64,000 nt of DNA, taken from Octopus vulgaris (Eukaryota). The stretch is from assembly GCA_951406725.2 (NCBI GenBank), contig OX597817.1, forward strand, positions 19,778,001 to 19,842,000, in the 5' to 3' direction. A program made the position numbers and the translations under genes. The notes under the pieces are model-generated. The model was not told the origin of the DNA and ran no database searches. It worked only from the letters and a program-made list of their open reading frames with translations. This document shows, piece after piece, positions 41,488-55,212 of this stretch. Numbering within the stretch: the first letter of the stretch is position 1; each line of letters opens with the position of its first letter.

Positions 41488-42728
41488 CAGGGCGCGTAGG
41501 GTATTTGAGGACATGCCTTTTTGGGGGGTCATTGCTGCATTTTTTGCTCACTCTGTATATTCTTTGCTTCAGAAAATAATAATTGCAGATCCTCAGCCTA
41601 CTCAAGAAATGAAGAGGCATGCTGTTATTGTGATTATAAAGGCTGAGCATGGCGATTTAGAAATATCTCGACTTTTAACATTTGCCAGAGCATTCGTCAA
41701 CAAAGTTTGTAAGGAGCTAGAGACTGAAGATGGAAACGTATCACCAATATCAAAGCATAAAACTAAACGCTCTGAAATCTTCAGAATATCTAAATTTATC
41801 CAGCAATCTCAGAAGGTCCATGCAGTCAATTGGAAAAGAGCTCCATATGTCTGAAGGAATATTCAGAAAGATCAGTCAGAAATGTTGTCCACGAAGACAT
41901 CAGATATAAGTCTTATATAATGAGGAAATATCAATTTGTCAGAAAAAAACAAAAGAAAATCACATTAGATCTAAAAGGCTCTTAAACAAACTAAAAAATC
42001 CAGCAGAACATTTGATTTTTTTTTTCTCAAAAGTGAAATACATCGAACCAGATCAAAACGTTAAGTGAAGAAATGATAGATGGTTATGTTCAGACCCTTC
42101 TGAATTTGCAAGTATTATCCATACTAAATTTCCTGCAACTGTTACGGTTTTAAGGGTTGTCAGCAATGAAAGACATGTGATGTCTCCTTACTTCTCACCA
42201 GAAGGCATTAGATTGAAACCTGTCACTGACATCGAGGTCCTGGAAACAATTGGTAAGTCCTGGATAGACAGTGTATGCAATGGAAAGCCATGTGTGTTTC
42301 AGTAAGACTCTACACTATCACGCATGGCTCTAGTAACACAGGGATGGATGGCTGAGACTTTTCATAATCACATAACCCCTAAGATTTGGCCTCCTAATTC
42401 CCACGATCTCCATCCATTGGACTATTACATGCGGAGCGTTGTTGCAAGAGAGGTAAATGATCACGCCCATAACACCAAGGATTCTTTGAAAGCTGCCATA
42501 GTGATAGTATTGTCCAAAATGAACCATGACTACTTGATTCGAGCATGTAGATGATTCAGACCTCATACAAAAGCAGTTGTTGAAGCTGACGGTTAGGTTG
42601 CTTTATTGAATTACATTATAGAAAAGGCTTATTTTCATACTCATAGCATTTTTGATAGATGAAGTTATTATCTGTTATTATATACCTCCATTTTTATAAA
42701 CCTAAATATGTCCTCAAATATATTACGC

Positions 42729-42734
<6 letters not shown>
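41488..42734 (+). mobile_element. Tc1/mariner superfamily DD37D (maT) transposon, near full length, inactivated
   Basis: ~27-bp TIRs cagggcgcgtagggtatttgaggacat (41488-41514) and atgtcctcaaatatattacgcacccta (42708-42734). Transposase remnant FQ*DS...WPPNSHDLHPLDY with 37 residues between the two Ds; followed by TA. Confidence 0.9.
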
Positions 42735-42780
<46 letters not shown>

Positions 42781-45439
42781 AAAGTTGTAATGTTTTGCAC
42801 GTCCGTCTTTCATCGAGGAGACACGAACAGTGTCACCGGGATAGAACGAGAGGGAGACAGAAAGAGGGAGAAAGAAAGCGAACGAGGGGGAGGTGAAGAA
42901 GACGGAAAAACACAAGGAGAGCGAGAGAATGAGTGTATGCACAGAAAGATGAAAAATATTATTCCAAAAATACAAAATAGTGTGAAAATTTAAAACATGT
43001 AATACAGAAGATGCAAGATAAAGGAGAGGCGTGAAAACATTGTGTAATGGCGTTCTACGGGTGGTGCATAAGAGGAGGCTGCATGTCTAGATGCATGTAT
43101 TAAAGTGCTTCTTCGTCAGTAGGTATTTATAACATAGAACAGCGCACGTATATTTGTTAAACATGTGTGAAAGCGTGCATAAAAGTGTGCATGTGTTGAA
43201 GTAAGGGGGTAGCTTAGTTAGGGTGGAGATATTATTGGTGTATGCAATTTTTAGATATGATCTTTGAAAGTGTGCATTGGGGGGTTGTTGAAGAATGAAT
43301 TGTATGTGTGGAAGAAATGTTGTGGTTGTTGAGAACTAGGTCGAGTTTTTTAGTTGTTTGTATGCAAGTGGAAAATTGTGTGTTTTCAGGCTTAGGTCTT
43401 CGAGACAAAGCGGAAAACGTTCAAAACTGAAATTAAATTGTAGAATAAAAGAGAAAAATATTTGATATGGTTAGATTTCATATGAGAAAATGAAAATATC
43501 TTTCGAATTGGTAAAATTTATGAGTACTGGTAAAAGCAACAGTAGATGGTAAAATATTTCAAATAGAAGCAGATACCCAAGACGCTGGTTGTCATGAGTT
43601 CTGGGGTAGAAGGGAAATGCTTACGGATAAATAAGGGAACAAAAACGGATAAAGCGAGGAACAAATCAAATATGGTATTTCTTGATAGAAACACGGAGAG
43701 AAATTGAAAATATCGGCAGAAGAATAAGAGCATGTTTTATGGGTGGTTGTTAAATGACTAACATTTATATCTATGCATACATGAATTCAAGTATATATGA
43801 ATGCTTTTGTATCTACGTATATATGTGGAGATGTTTAAATGCGTGTGTATATATGATTGTATTATTAGTCGATAAAATACCAGATCAACTACACTTCTCT
43901 TTTATTAGTTAAAGAATAAAATTAATGCAATGAAATAAGATTTTGAGTTTAATGTTAGCATTTACAAATAACTGGAGCAGTAGACGGGATGTTTGTTGCG
44001 TGTCTGTCATCAGTATATTTTTTCTATACCCAGATCCCCAAATATATTAACACCTTAATCTACTGTATAGGCTTAAATTCCATATTTCCCGCATGACTGC
44101 AGTCAAGTGGCTGAAATAAATACAATGATAAAAGAATCTATTAGGCAACTCGGAACCCTACTCGGATCAATGTTTTTTTACTGTGGATCTACAGCCGTGA
44201 CCAATTTAATAATTTGAAAGCTGTAATTAGTTGCGTAGCATAAACAAAGTATACATCTCAATGGAATACTGTCTTGAACATTTCAATCTTAATAAATTCA
44301 CGAACAATGAAAAGGACATCAGCTACGAACTATCATACTCTAAATACCACGTACTGTTTATTACATGCCATCGAAACATAAAAATAAGACATAACACTTC
44401 ATTTCGCAAGACGAAAATGGCAAGATCTTTAGAATTTTGAAACTCCGGATAAAAGATGCCAAGAATTTAAATGAATACTAATTGAAAGACATATTCTAAA
44501 AGCGATAATAAGTGGACATTCAAATATTACGAAGAACAAAAAGAACATCATATACACCCAATAATCGAATATATAAATTTAACCCATAGCATGCACAATG
44601 GTACAATACATCGAAAAGTTAAATTCTCTAATAACTATGACAGTGAATTTCTAAAATATTACATTATGGTCATTCACATCCTCATACCCAAACAAAGACA
44701 ATTTTAGCACATACAAATTAATGTAGCTTGCATACAACGGAGTAACTTTTGCTTTACTTTCAATTCGTCTGATAATCTTCAATCTTTAACAAAAGTGTTA
44801 TACATATTGTCACGTGACATTCATTCGATTAAGAAACCCTTTGTATTTTGGCGCAGTTATCGACTGTAGTGTCTCGGTATTTTAATACAATGTCGTTCTG
44901 CACAATATTTGTTCATTCTGCACAATGTTTGTTCCAGTTTTTACAGACCTAACACAGACATGTCTTTTTGAGCAAGTACCGTTCTTGGACACAGATGGAT
45001 CGGAAACTCCGAAGTCATGATGTATACCCAAATCCTAGGGATGTCCCGAGACCATCTGAGAGCAACGTGAAATATTATTTCAACGTAGAAAAACAAAATT
45101 TCACACTGCGGTAAAAAATGAGATAAGGTGTAGTTACACTTCATTCCATTCCACAACGATATTGAGACACAGGAAATCATGAAACTATTTAAAACTACGT
45201 ACATCTATATCATTAAGAACTCTAACTGCTTTTTCAATATCATTTATGGTTTCCCATGTGCGAGACAAATTATTTTCTTGCCTACATATATATATAGAAC
45301 AAATAATGAAAGATTATCAATGAAAGATTATCTGTTCGCACACTAGGTTAACAATATTACATAGTGAAGAACTTCAGATAATCTTCTGGTAGGGTGAAAG
45401 GTTATCCTTCATCACACTTCTGTATTGTAAATCCGTGAA

Positions 45440-45499
<60 letters not shown>

Positions 45500-46734
45500 T
45501 TATTTATTTATTTACGTATGCATTTTCAGGTGAGCAGAAGGAGAGCTGGTAATCTCCACTGTTATGCAAGTGTTCGAGTCACTTTGACTATAATCATATA
45601 AAAATCCCTTAATGATTTACAAAGATCAAGCGAAATATTTTTTTCATAAATTTTGCGTGAGTTATATTATTTTGTATGCTTAAATCTGTGTGTCAACAGT
45701 GATATGTTAAAATAAATACAAGACAAATATTGTGAGTCAAATTAATTGGTTACATTTTCTTCCATCCTACATACAGATATATATTTTCACATTAGAACCA
45801 AGTCCCGAATCAAATTTAAAAGTTCCTGGGGGTAAGGTCACTATCGTATTGGTGATTATCAAATGAGTCGTGTTTATTTGATTCTAAAATTCCTTATTCC
45901 AGTTCCCTTTCCCTTACATATTGTATTTATTTACTGGATCACCGTGACTATAATATAACTACAACAGAGAACTTTGTTCAATTACTGGATACACTAGGTT
46001 TACTTATTAAACTGATCAACGGACTCTTCTGTTTGTTTATTCGGACATCACTTTATTTGCAAAAAAATACAAAACAAACATGACTTTATTTACTTAACAG
46101 GAACTTTTGCTCTCCAGGTATTCAGTAGAATTTTTGTATATATTTTATTAACTGGTGAATTTGTCTATTTATCAACGAGATGTTTGCGTCTCTTATTTAA
46201 TTGTGGCATCGGCGACTATGCATTAGAACAGGGGATAAAATGTATGTCTATTAAGCATTGTAACTTTATAAGAAAATATAATACAGACTGCTATTTTGCT
46301 TACATTCATAACATTACGTACACTGTTATTTTGTTTACATATATAATATCTAATTGTAAACGTCAGCAATGGCTGGCTGCACATAAAAGCGTGTGGGGAT
46401 GAAAACAAAACATGAGAGTAGAGAAATAAGAATGAAAACTTATTTTATTATGGAGCGGGGGTACTGTTATCTTACGTGATTAAGGTACAAGACTAAAAGT
46501 GATAAATGAATTCGGAATGTAGCATCAATATTTGCATTCGAGGCCTGATTAGTGCCGATCAATGCATGGCTTTGATATTTCTCGAGACGATGAGAAATTT
46601 CTTGGGGAGAGCCGTACTGGACAGAAAGAAAGTGGGAAATATGTTGGTTAGCAAAATAGAATTCCACTTTCATTCTTCTCAATCTCTTCCTCCTTTTCTG
46701 TATCATCTTCTTTTTCTCCCTCTTCCTCCTCAGA

Positions 46735-46757
46735 CTACTGCTGCTGCTGCTGCTGCA

Positions 46758-46825
<68 letters not shown>

Positions 46826-46844
46826 CACCACCACCACCACCACC

Positions 46845-46916
<72 letters not shown>

Positions 46917-46917
46917 G
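46735..46917. repeat. (CTG)/(CTA)/(CCA) microsatellite
   Basis: Read directly. Confidence 0.95.
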
Positions 46918-47926
46918 TCAATATTTATATTTTATTGTTATAATTATTAAAAATATTTAATATTCTTCTTGATTATTATTGTTGTTCATTATTTCTTTAA
47001 AATATTTTCCTTAGCCTTTTCATGTCACAAAGCAACTTTAGACAATGCATATCCCCAAAACATGGTAATAACTAATTTGGTCTTGTTAAGGTCCATAGAA
47101 AGCCATTCGGAACAATTTTCTATTGAGTCTAATTAGCAAACTTTTTTTTTTATTAATCAACTATCTGAGAATATTGTAACTAGTATGATGAATATTCTTA
47201 CAGAATATCGATTAAGTAAGCATGGGCTGGTTTGTATGGGAAGTTCTCCGCTAGCGAGCATAATTAATTGTTTCGTTAAACGAAAACAAAATTATATATA
47301 GGGACTGGCAACAATGGACTTTTGTACTGAGTCAATGTTTCAAGATCCATGAATATTTCATGAATATTTCAAAGAAGACTTATTTGATGAAAAGATATAT
47401 GAACTACACGTACATTTAAATATGTATTAGGGAAAATATCATGCTAAAACTATTAAAACCAGCATAAGGCGAACAAGAATCAGAAATATGTTATATCAGC
47501 AAAACGTAGCACATGTTGAAGTCACGTTATCTATATTTTGTTACTACTTTGCGAAACTAATATAATTTTATGTACAGAAGCCTGATATGAACTTCTTTAC
47601 AAAGACGTATTACGTCTGCTTATAAATGGACAATGTGTCAGGCACAACGCAAGCCTATATCCAATGTGTTACAAAATAACTGAATAATTTATGTATATAT
47701 GCATTGGTTAACTACTATATATGTAATAGTTTTTCAATTAATTATCATCCAGTATTTGAGTAAGGAGAGGTTAGCGTCAATATTTTGAGGATAGTTCAAA
47801 GTGTTTTTGATATTTAGTTTTACGTAAGAATGTTCACGGAATTATAAATTTTACCAAAATTTGTTATACAAATGAGAACATTCCTATTCAGCTAAATTGA
47901 TTGTTTTCCTTCTAGACACTAATATA

Positions 47927-48312
47927 TCTTTATATATAAAAGTGAAGTTGTGTGTCTGTCTCCTACGATTTAGATTCCTAACTACTCCCACATTTTGCGG
48001 TGCAGTTTAACCAAAACCGGGTATCTTATAGTCGTGATTCATATCGAGCCCTTCTGGGTATTAGCGCGCGTCTACGATGAGTCTACGATTAAAAAAAAAT
48101 TACCATCATTTTTTCCATTTTAATGCATTTTTTCGCTATTATATAAGGGAAGTAACTCTCTAAAAATGTTTTCGATGAGTCAACGATTTAAAAAAAAATT
48201 ACCATCATTTTTTAATTCCATTTTTAATGCATTTTTTTTGCTATAACTCTCTAAAAATGCTTATATAGTAATCTCCCTTACAAACCCGAGCAACGCCGGG
48301 CGATACTGCTAG
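47927..48312 (+). mobile_element. Non-autonomous Helitron
   Basis: 5' TCtttatatataaa, hairpin cccgagcaacgccggg, 3' CTAG at 48309-48312, A|T insertion site, internal ~95-bp tandem duplication. Confidence 0.85.
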
Positions 48313-48734
48313 TTACATATAATAAGGATATTTTATAAATGAAAGGATGTACAGTTTGAATATACTCTTAGTATAATTACAAACACGCTCTATTACTAAT
48401 GAAAGACTCTTCATCTCTACGACCATCTGCTTCAGTCATGTCCCATAGAGCTGTTTGCAGTTCATTGTAATGTCATTAGAAATTAGGTAGTTTACGTTAG
48501 TTGACAACAATGATCACACAATAAATACGTGCTTCCATATACTAATTGTATTAAAGAGTTACATATAAAAGATATGTTCAAAGCATATTTAAGTTATTCT
48601 GAAAATCTTTTCTACAATGATATGTACAATTTAAATCTGTTTTGTTATGGACGAAATATCGTTACGCATTTTGACCAGATTGCTAACGATCCTGCTCTCT
48701 AGACGCCTTAGTAATAATAATAATAATAATAAAA

Positions 48735-48798
<64 letters not shown>

Positions 48799-48800
<2 letters not shown>

Positions 48801-49353
48801 GCCCTGATGCAGTACCAGGCAGTGGCTCTCATGGTTTCTGATGTTAACTGATTGGAAGTATTATCATGTACATTGTTTTGTCTTGGTATAAAAATGGGCT
48901 ACACTAAATATTCTGCTCAATACCACAGATTTGCTTGTCAGTTGTTTGACCATAACCATTTGAGCATATCCCTTGGTGGCTAATGATATGTGCAACTCTG
49001 ATCACGAGCAGAAGTAGTGGGGGAGCATCATAGTCATGTGTTGAGAGGGATTCTTTGGGGTTTGAATAATTCACCTCTGGAAACATGGGTGGTTCTTTCA
49101 ACATCCTTAAACAACCCTTATTCAGGGACCTTTTGAGCGGGATAGGCTACTCAACCTGAAGAAATTTCTAACTGGGCCCCACCTGCAAGGTCATGTGCTG
49201 TTTATCTTGATATGAGATCACAATGTCGCGCACATATGGTTGTGATGCATGTGCCTGGTGTACCCTTATCAGACGGGTAGTCATGATGGGTATATTGGGC
49301 TTCGTATATTTTACCCTAGTGTCACTTTGATGGCATGAACTGCTTTCTCACTC
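48799..49353 (+). mobile_element. Family X repeat, apparently complete, within (AAT)n
   Basis: (AAT)n on both sides (48712-48798 and 49354-49450); matches 1-474 and 53175-53629. Confidence 0.8.
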
Positions 49354-49362
49354 AATAGTAAT

Positions 49363-49433
<71 letters not shown>

Positions 49434-49450
49434 TAATAAGAATAATAATA

Positions 49451-49875
49451 ACGGTTTCAAATTTTAGCACTAAGCCAGCAATTTCTTGAGAGCGAATAAG
49501 TTGATTATCTCCACCCCAATACTCAACTGGTACTCATTTTATCGACCTCGAAAGGATCAAAAGAAAAGATGACCTCGGCGGAATTTGAACTCAGAACATG
49601 TAGACGAACCTAATGCCGCTAAGCATCAATGCCCGGCGCTCTGATGATTCTACAATTTCGCGCCTTACTATTAATGATTTCAAATCTTGACACAAGGCCA
49701 GCAATTTCAGGCATGGGATAAGTCAATTGAATCCATACCAGTACTCAACTACTACTTATTTTATCGAGCCCAAAGGATGAAAGGCAAAGTCGACGCCGGT
49801 GGTATTTGAAGTCAGAAGGTGAAAACGGACGAAATGCCGCTAAGTATTTCGCCTGGTGTGCTAACGATTTCGTCC
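49451..49875 (-). mobile_element. Two tandem SINE family 2 copies
   Basis: tttatcgacctcgaaaggat...ggcggaatttgaactc and tttatcgagcccaaaggatgaaaggcaaagtcgac. Confidence 0.8.
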
Positions 49876-50642
49876 ACACGCAGTCACACATGCACACACA
49901 CACAAACACACAGACACACAGAGACACACACACACTCACAGACACAAACACATACACACACACACACATCTCCCGTATGTAGTCACCTATTTATGACTAC
50001 ATATCTGTATATATATATATGCAACATTTTGAGAAGGTATTCATTTCAGTTTTATGCTTTGCTTAAGCTATAACGAAATATGTAGGCGTGGCTAAAGTGT
50101 TAGGAGTTGATATGACATCAGGAGAAAGTAAGTGAAAGTCGTTGACATTCCCATATGAAAGAGAATTTATGCCACAGTGCATATATCATTGGCAATGCTA
50201 ACAAACTAGCTCCGATTGGATCACTGCCAATCCAGATCCTTAGCATCAGTTGTTCCAAGCTTATGTTGGTCGGGTCCCAATGTAATAATAAAAAAGGTAT
50301 TGGGAATATTTGTGGAACAATGCCCACGAGATGTTGTATTTTGTTTTATTTTTATGATATATACTCCATTGCTATTGCAAGATGGCCTGTTGCCGTATTC
50401 TAATGAAAAGAAAATTCGATAAACAACATTTCAAGATCCGGCTTAATTGACTGGAATGCAGTAGACTGCAGTGGGGGCACTGGAGTTACGTCAAGATATG
50501 AATCTGTAGAGACCTGCATATATGTGTACACAAAGAGAATGACGCAAGAACACATGCTCAAACAATCGCATAGATATATGCATAAATCCATTCATACAAA
50601 CACATACACCGACACACACATGCATGCATACACACATACACA

Positions 50643-50758
<116 letters not shown>

Positions 50759-50824
50759 TCTGTATATATATGTATATATATAAACATATATCAATATGAG
50801 AACGATAGTACTATTAAAAATACC

Positions 50825-50860
<36 letters not shown>

Positions 50861-50918
50861 ATACATATATATTTCTACATGTGTGTATATATGTGCGTGT
50901 GATTGTATATATATATAC

Positions 50919-50951
<33 letters not shown>

Positions 50952-53174
50952 TGTATATATATATATATATGTATATATGCACATGGTTGTGTGTACAGAA
51001 GGACTATGGGAAAGGAAGGAGAGGTCCTGAAAACAGAAAATTATGAATGTGCTGATGGTTCTATTCTCTCTATTTTTTGGGCTTTTTATAACTCTTCCAT
51101 GTATATATTTATATATGTTTATGCATGTGTCTGAGTTTATAATGCCTCTATAAGTTCATATGTATACAACAGCGTGCATACAAACCCACTCGAGCATACA
51201 TATCTATTCTGCCTTTGGTATTTACAGCATTTTTGTCTTATTTGTATTCAAGCAACTATGCATCAGATGATAGTAGATCATTAATACATGTATAACCACA
51301 GCTTACATGTATTTTCTTTCTTCTCATTTATTATACTATGTGTGCATAAGTTACGAGCTATTTGTATGAGTTTCAACTAAGTATGTATATCTATCTCTCT
51401 ATCTAAGTATCAATCTGTCTGTCTTTCTTTCTGTGTATCTCTGTGTCTGTTTCTCTCTGTGTACGCCTGTGTGTTTATTTATATGTCTGTCTGTCTGTCA
51501 AGATATACATATTTGCATATATTGAGCTTTCTGACATGCACGCCGTAGGGTAGCCGTGCATATCTGTCCTAGGACGCGTGACAGTAACCAAAGCATTCAA
51601 TATTTGCAGACTCATTGCATGTACACTTGCATGTACATATCTACCTTTTAGTCAAAATGATAAACTCTGATATAAGTGAAATGCAGTAACTATTTTTAGC
51701 AGAAAATTACTTCGCCAAACTGCTTACAATATTTATTTTATTACCATTCTTTGTCAGTGAGCGTGCTCAAGATTTCAACGCACATTTATAGTGAGTTGTG
51801 GCAGTTTAGCGTAAAGAATTATTGTTTATAGAATGGAAACATAAGTATGCTGGATATAGCTATCAAAACCCCTGCACTAAAAGCGACGAAGGCAACGACT
51901 TGCCCATTGTTTTTTAACAGACTGTATCATAATTCACCTATATATCATTCACTGTCAATTATGTTTTAGGCAGAGCTTTTTATTCTGATAGCTAAAAATT
52001 CTAATTTGTACTTATCCATGTTTTCCATTATATTAAGGGTTTCATTCAATGACGATTAAGTTTTGACATTGTACAATTTGTTGCTCTGATGCTGAAATGA
52101 AAAACATCGTTTCTCTATTTGGTAATAGAAAATCCCTAACGGCTCGTGTCATATCGATCTTAATGTTCGTTATGTTAACTCCTACAGAAATATGGGCATA
52201 TGCAGTGACTCTAAGTAACCAAACGTAATTATATCTGACATATTTCCTCGCTATATCTCACGAGGCGCAAAGGCTATCAATTGTTCTGTGCGATGAAAAT
52301 GTGGTAAAATATTCTTCACTTAAACCATCTAAGTAGGATTAAGTAGAATGATTAAGAAGGTCACCGAATAATACGCTTCTGATCGATAAGTACTGAAATA
52401 AATGCCTTGTCGACACTTCTAGTTTGCGTTTAGGGTTACATTAATTTCAAAATATCTCTTCATGTGTATAATATGCTATGGCATCAAGGGAAGGAAAAGT
52501 CTTTTCGACTTGAAACCATAAAGATTCATTGTTCTGGAAGCAAATATTTGTTTTCTAATAACATTTCGCTGTGTATATCGGAAGCGAAATGTAATCGCAA
52601 ATTTCATTTTTCACGCAATAATTTCCTTTTCATCACAACAACATCCTCGTCGTCTTTGACACCATTTTTACTAACTTTATTAACATCATTCTCGCACTCA
52701 TCTTTCAAACCGGCAATATCATGATCTGCAATACACTTATTATCGTCGCCTCAGCTTACTGAAGCAAAGGCACATACGTCTAAATGAATAATATTGTAAT
52801 CTGTCTCACGCGATATTCCTCTTCCTCCATTTACTTTTATCATTGCCAATTTTGCAATTCCTCCATTTTCTTAAAAGTAGCATTAATTCAGGCATACTGG
52901 CTATACGCTCTGCGGAATTAAAATGTGTGCCATTGAGGAACATTATTCTTATATAATTATCAATATTCAAACGATACTCTTATCATTATCACCAGCAGCA
53001 ATTGATGATGGCAATAGTTATAATCTATTCTATTACAGAAACAACGCCTGACAATTCGGTGGGTACGATTTCATGATCACTTGAATTGTACTTATTTTAA
53101 CGAGCTTACAAGAGTGAAAGTAAGGCCGAATTCAAAACATAAAGTTGAACAAAATGTTGCTAAGCATTTCGTCT

Positions 53175-53629
53175 GGTGGTTCTCATGGTTTCTGATGTTA
53201 ACTGATTGGACGTGTTAGCATGTACATTGTTTTGTCTTGGTATAAAAGATGGGCTACAGCAAATATTCTGCTCAATACTATAGATTTGTTTGTCAGTAGC
53301 TTGATCTTAACCAGCTGAGCATATCCTTTAGTGGTTGCTGATATGAGCATCTCTCATTACGAGCAGAAGTAGTAGGGGAGCATCATAGTCATGTGCTCAG
53401 AGGAATTCCTAGGGGTTTGGATATTTCACCTGTGGAAACATGGGTGTTTTGTTCATCATCCTTAAACAACCCTTATTCAGGTACATTTTGAGCAGATGGG
53501 CTACTCTACCCGAAGAAAATTAGAACTGGGCCTCACATCCAAGATCATGCGTTATTTATCTTGATATGAGATCACTATGTCACGTACATATAGTTGTGAT
53601 GCATATGCCTGGTGTACCCTTATCAGACG
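53175..53629 (+). mobile_element. Family X repeat, diverged, truncated at both ends
   Basis: Aligns to 48822-49275. Confidence 0.8.
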
Positions 53630-54500
53630 ATTCCTCTTCTAGGTGTCTCTTCTAAGCTACTCACCATTGTATTTTCTATCCTATTGCTTTCTAAGGCAAT
53701 TTTTTGGGATAACTAACAGAAGATTCTTTGATCTTCCTTTCCCGAGAAAGATACTACCAGTTCTTAATGATAGCTGCCGTCAATTCCCGCTTAACTGGTA
53801 TACTAATCTGATCCTTGAAGCCTTTCTTCCTTTGAAAGGGCACGTTTATCTTCCAGTAACCGGGTCCTTAAGCATTTGTCTTTTCTAGGTTAATTTATGG
53901 CCTGAATAAAGGTCTGAAACTATGGAAGCTTACTCTATGCCTATCTGTCAGTCAAATAAGAATCCTAACTATATCATAGACGACCAACGGCGATTTTTAG
54001 AATTCAACATTGGTATATTCAAAAAATCATGGCGAAGATTGTCAATTGGAAATACGTGGGAAGTTTTGCGATGCTTTTGCACACACCTTCCTATCAGCTA
54101 CACCCACATAATCTTTGCTTGTGTCTAAGATCCCATTTCAGTCGCCCACTAGCAAGAATGTGCGGGATATTCCCAAGAATGTCTCTAGGCCTCTAAATAA
54201 GTCCGGCTATCGGGCTCCTGTAAGAGAACAGAGTCATTTGTCTGAAGGTTCCACCGTTTTCCTTGCTGATTGTGTCCCAGACTACCAACTTACCGACCTA
54301 GTCTGGCAAAGCCGCCTTCACCTTTACATCAAAGTCTTTCTGTAACAGCACTACTCCTCTAATTAATCCTCCGGCTGAGCGAAGGAGGCTTCCGTCTGGA
54401 AGTCGTCCAGAGAGAGCGTAATAGATTGCGCTTCGGGAATCCTAGTCTCAGAAATGGCTACTGTAACCAGAAGTACTAATCTGAGGTAGTTGTATAGTTT
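53630..54500 (-). mobile_element. L1/Tx1-like APE endonuclease remnant
   Basis: Minus strand reads GLETFLGISRTFLLVGD*NGILD and GPGYWKIN. Confidence 0.7.
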
Positions 54501-55020
54501 CCCATGATTCTATGCTGTCCTATTTACACGAGTGAATAGGACAGCCTATTCTTAGAATTTCCATTCTTGAAAAATGAGAAAGAAGCAGTCACATATCCTC
54601 GTCTAAGAGGCTCCACTTTTTATTTCTTTTCTTTTTCTTTGAATGGCAATCCTAAATAATCAGCTGAAAAACGCTTAAAGAATATGAAAAAATTCTGCTA
54701 AGCATTTTGTTCTATACAGTAGCGATTCTGCTTCCATTATTCCATTTTCGCTACTAATTGCAGCAACACTGTCATTGTCATCAATTTCTCATTATCATAC
54801 TAAAATCGTAAGAGCTCAGTCAAATATCACTATGTTCGTCGCCGTTTAAAATGATGCTAATAACATCATTGACAACGAGAAGGCCAATGCTGAATACATT
54901 TTCATTCATGTGTAATTAGAATGATACTTTGCATAATTTAATTGGAACACGACTCTAACCATTCTCTTTAAAAGCCCTATTCTCATGAATTTTTTTTCTT
55001 TTATGATATTTTCCCGCCCC

Positions 55021-55212
55021 TAAGGTGGCGAACTGGCAGAAACGTTACCACGCTGGGCGAAATGCTAAGCGGCACTTCGTCTGTTTTTACGTTCTGAGTA
55101 CCAATTCCGCCAAGGTCGACTTTGCCTTTTATCCTTTCGAGGTTGATAAACTAAGTACCAATTACGTACTATGGTCCATCTAATCGGGCCTTGTGCCTAG
55201 AGTGGAAAAAGA
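55021..55212 (+). mobile_element. SINE family 2
   Basis: aaggtggcgaactggcagaaacgtta...ggtcgactttgcctttt. Confidence 0.85.

Noticed and set aside
45520-45556. Micro-exon (ttttcag ... gtaat)
   Set aside because: Splice-like signals alone are common; no coding or expression support
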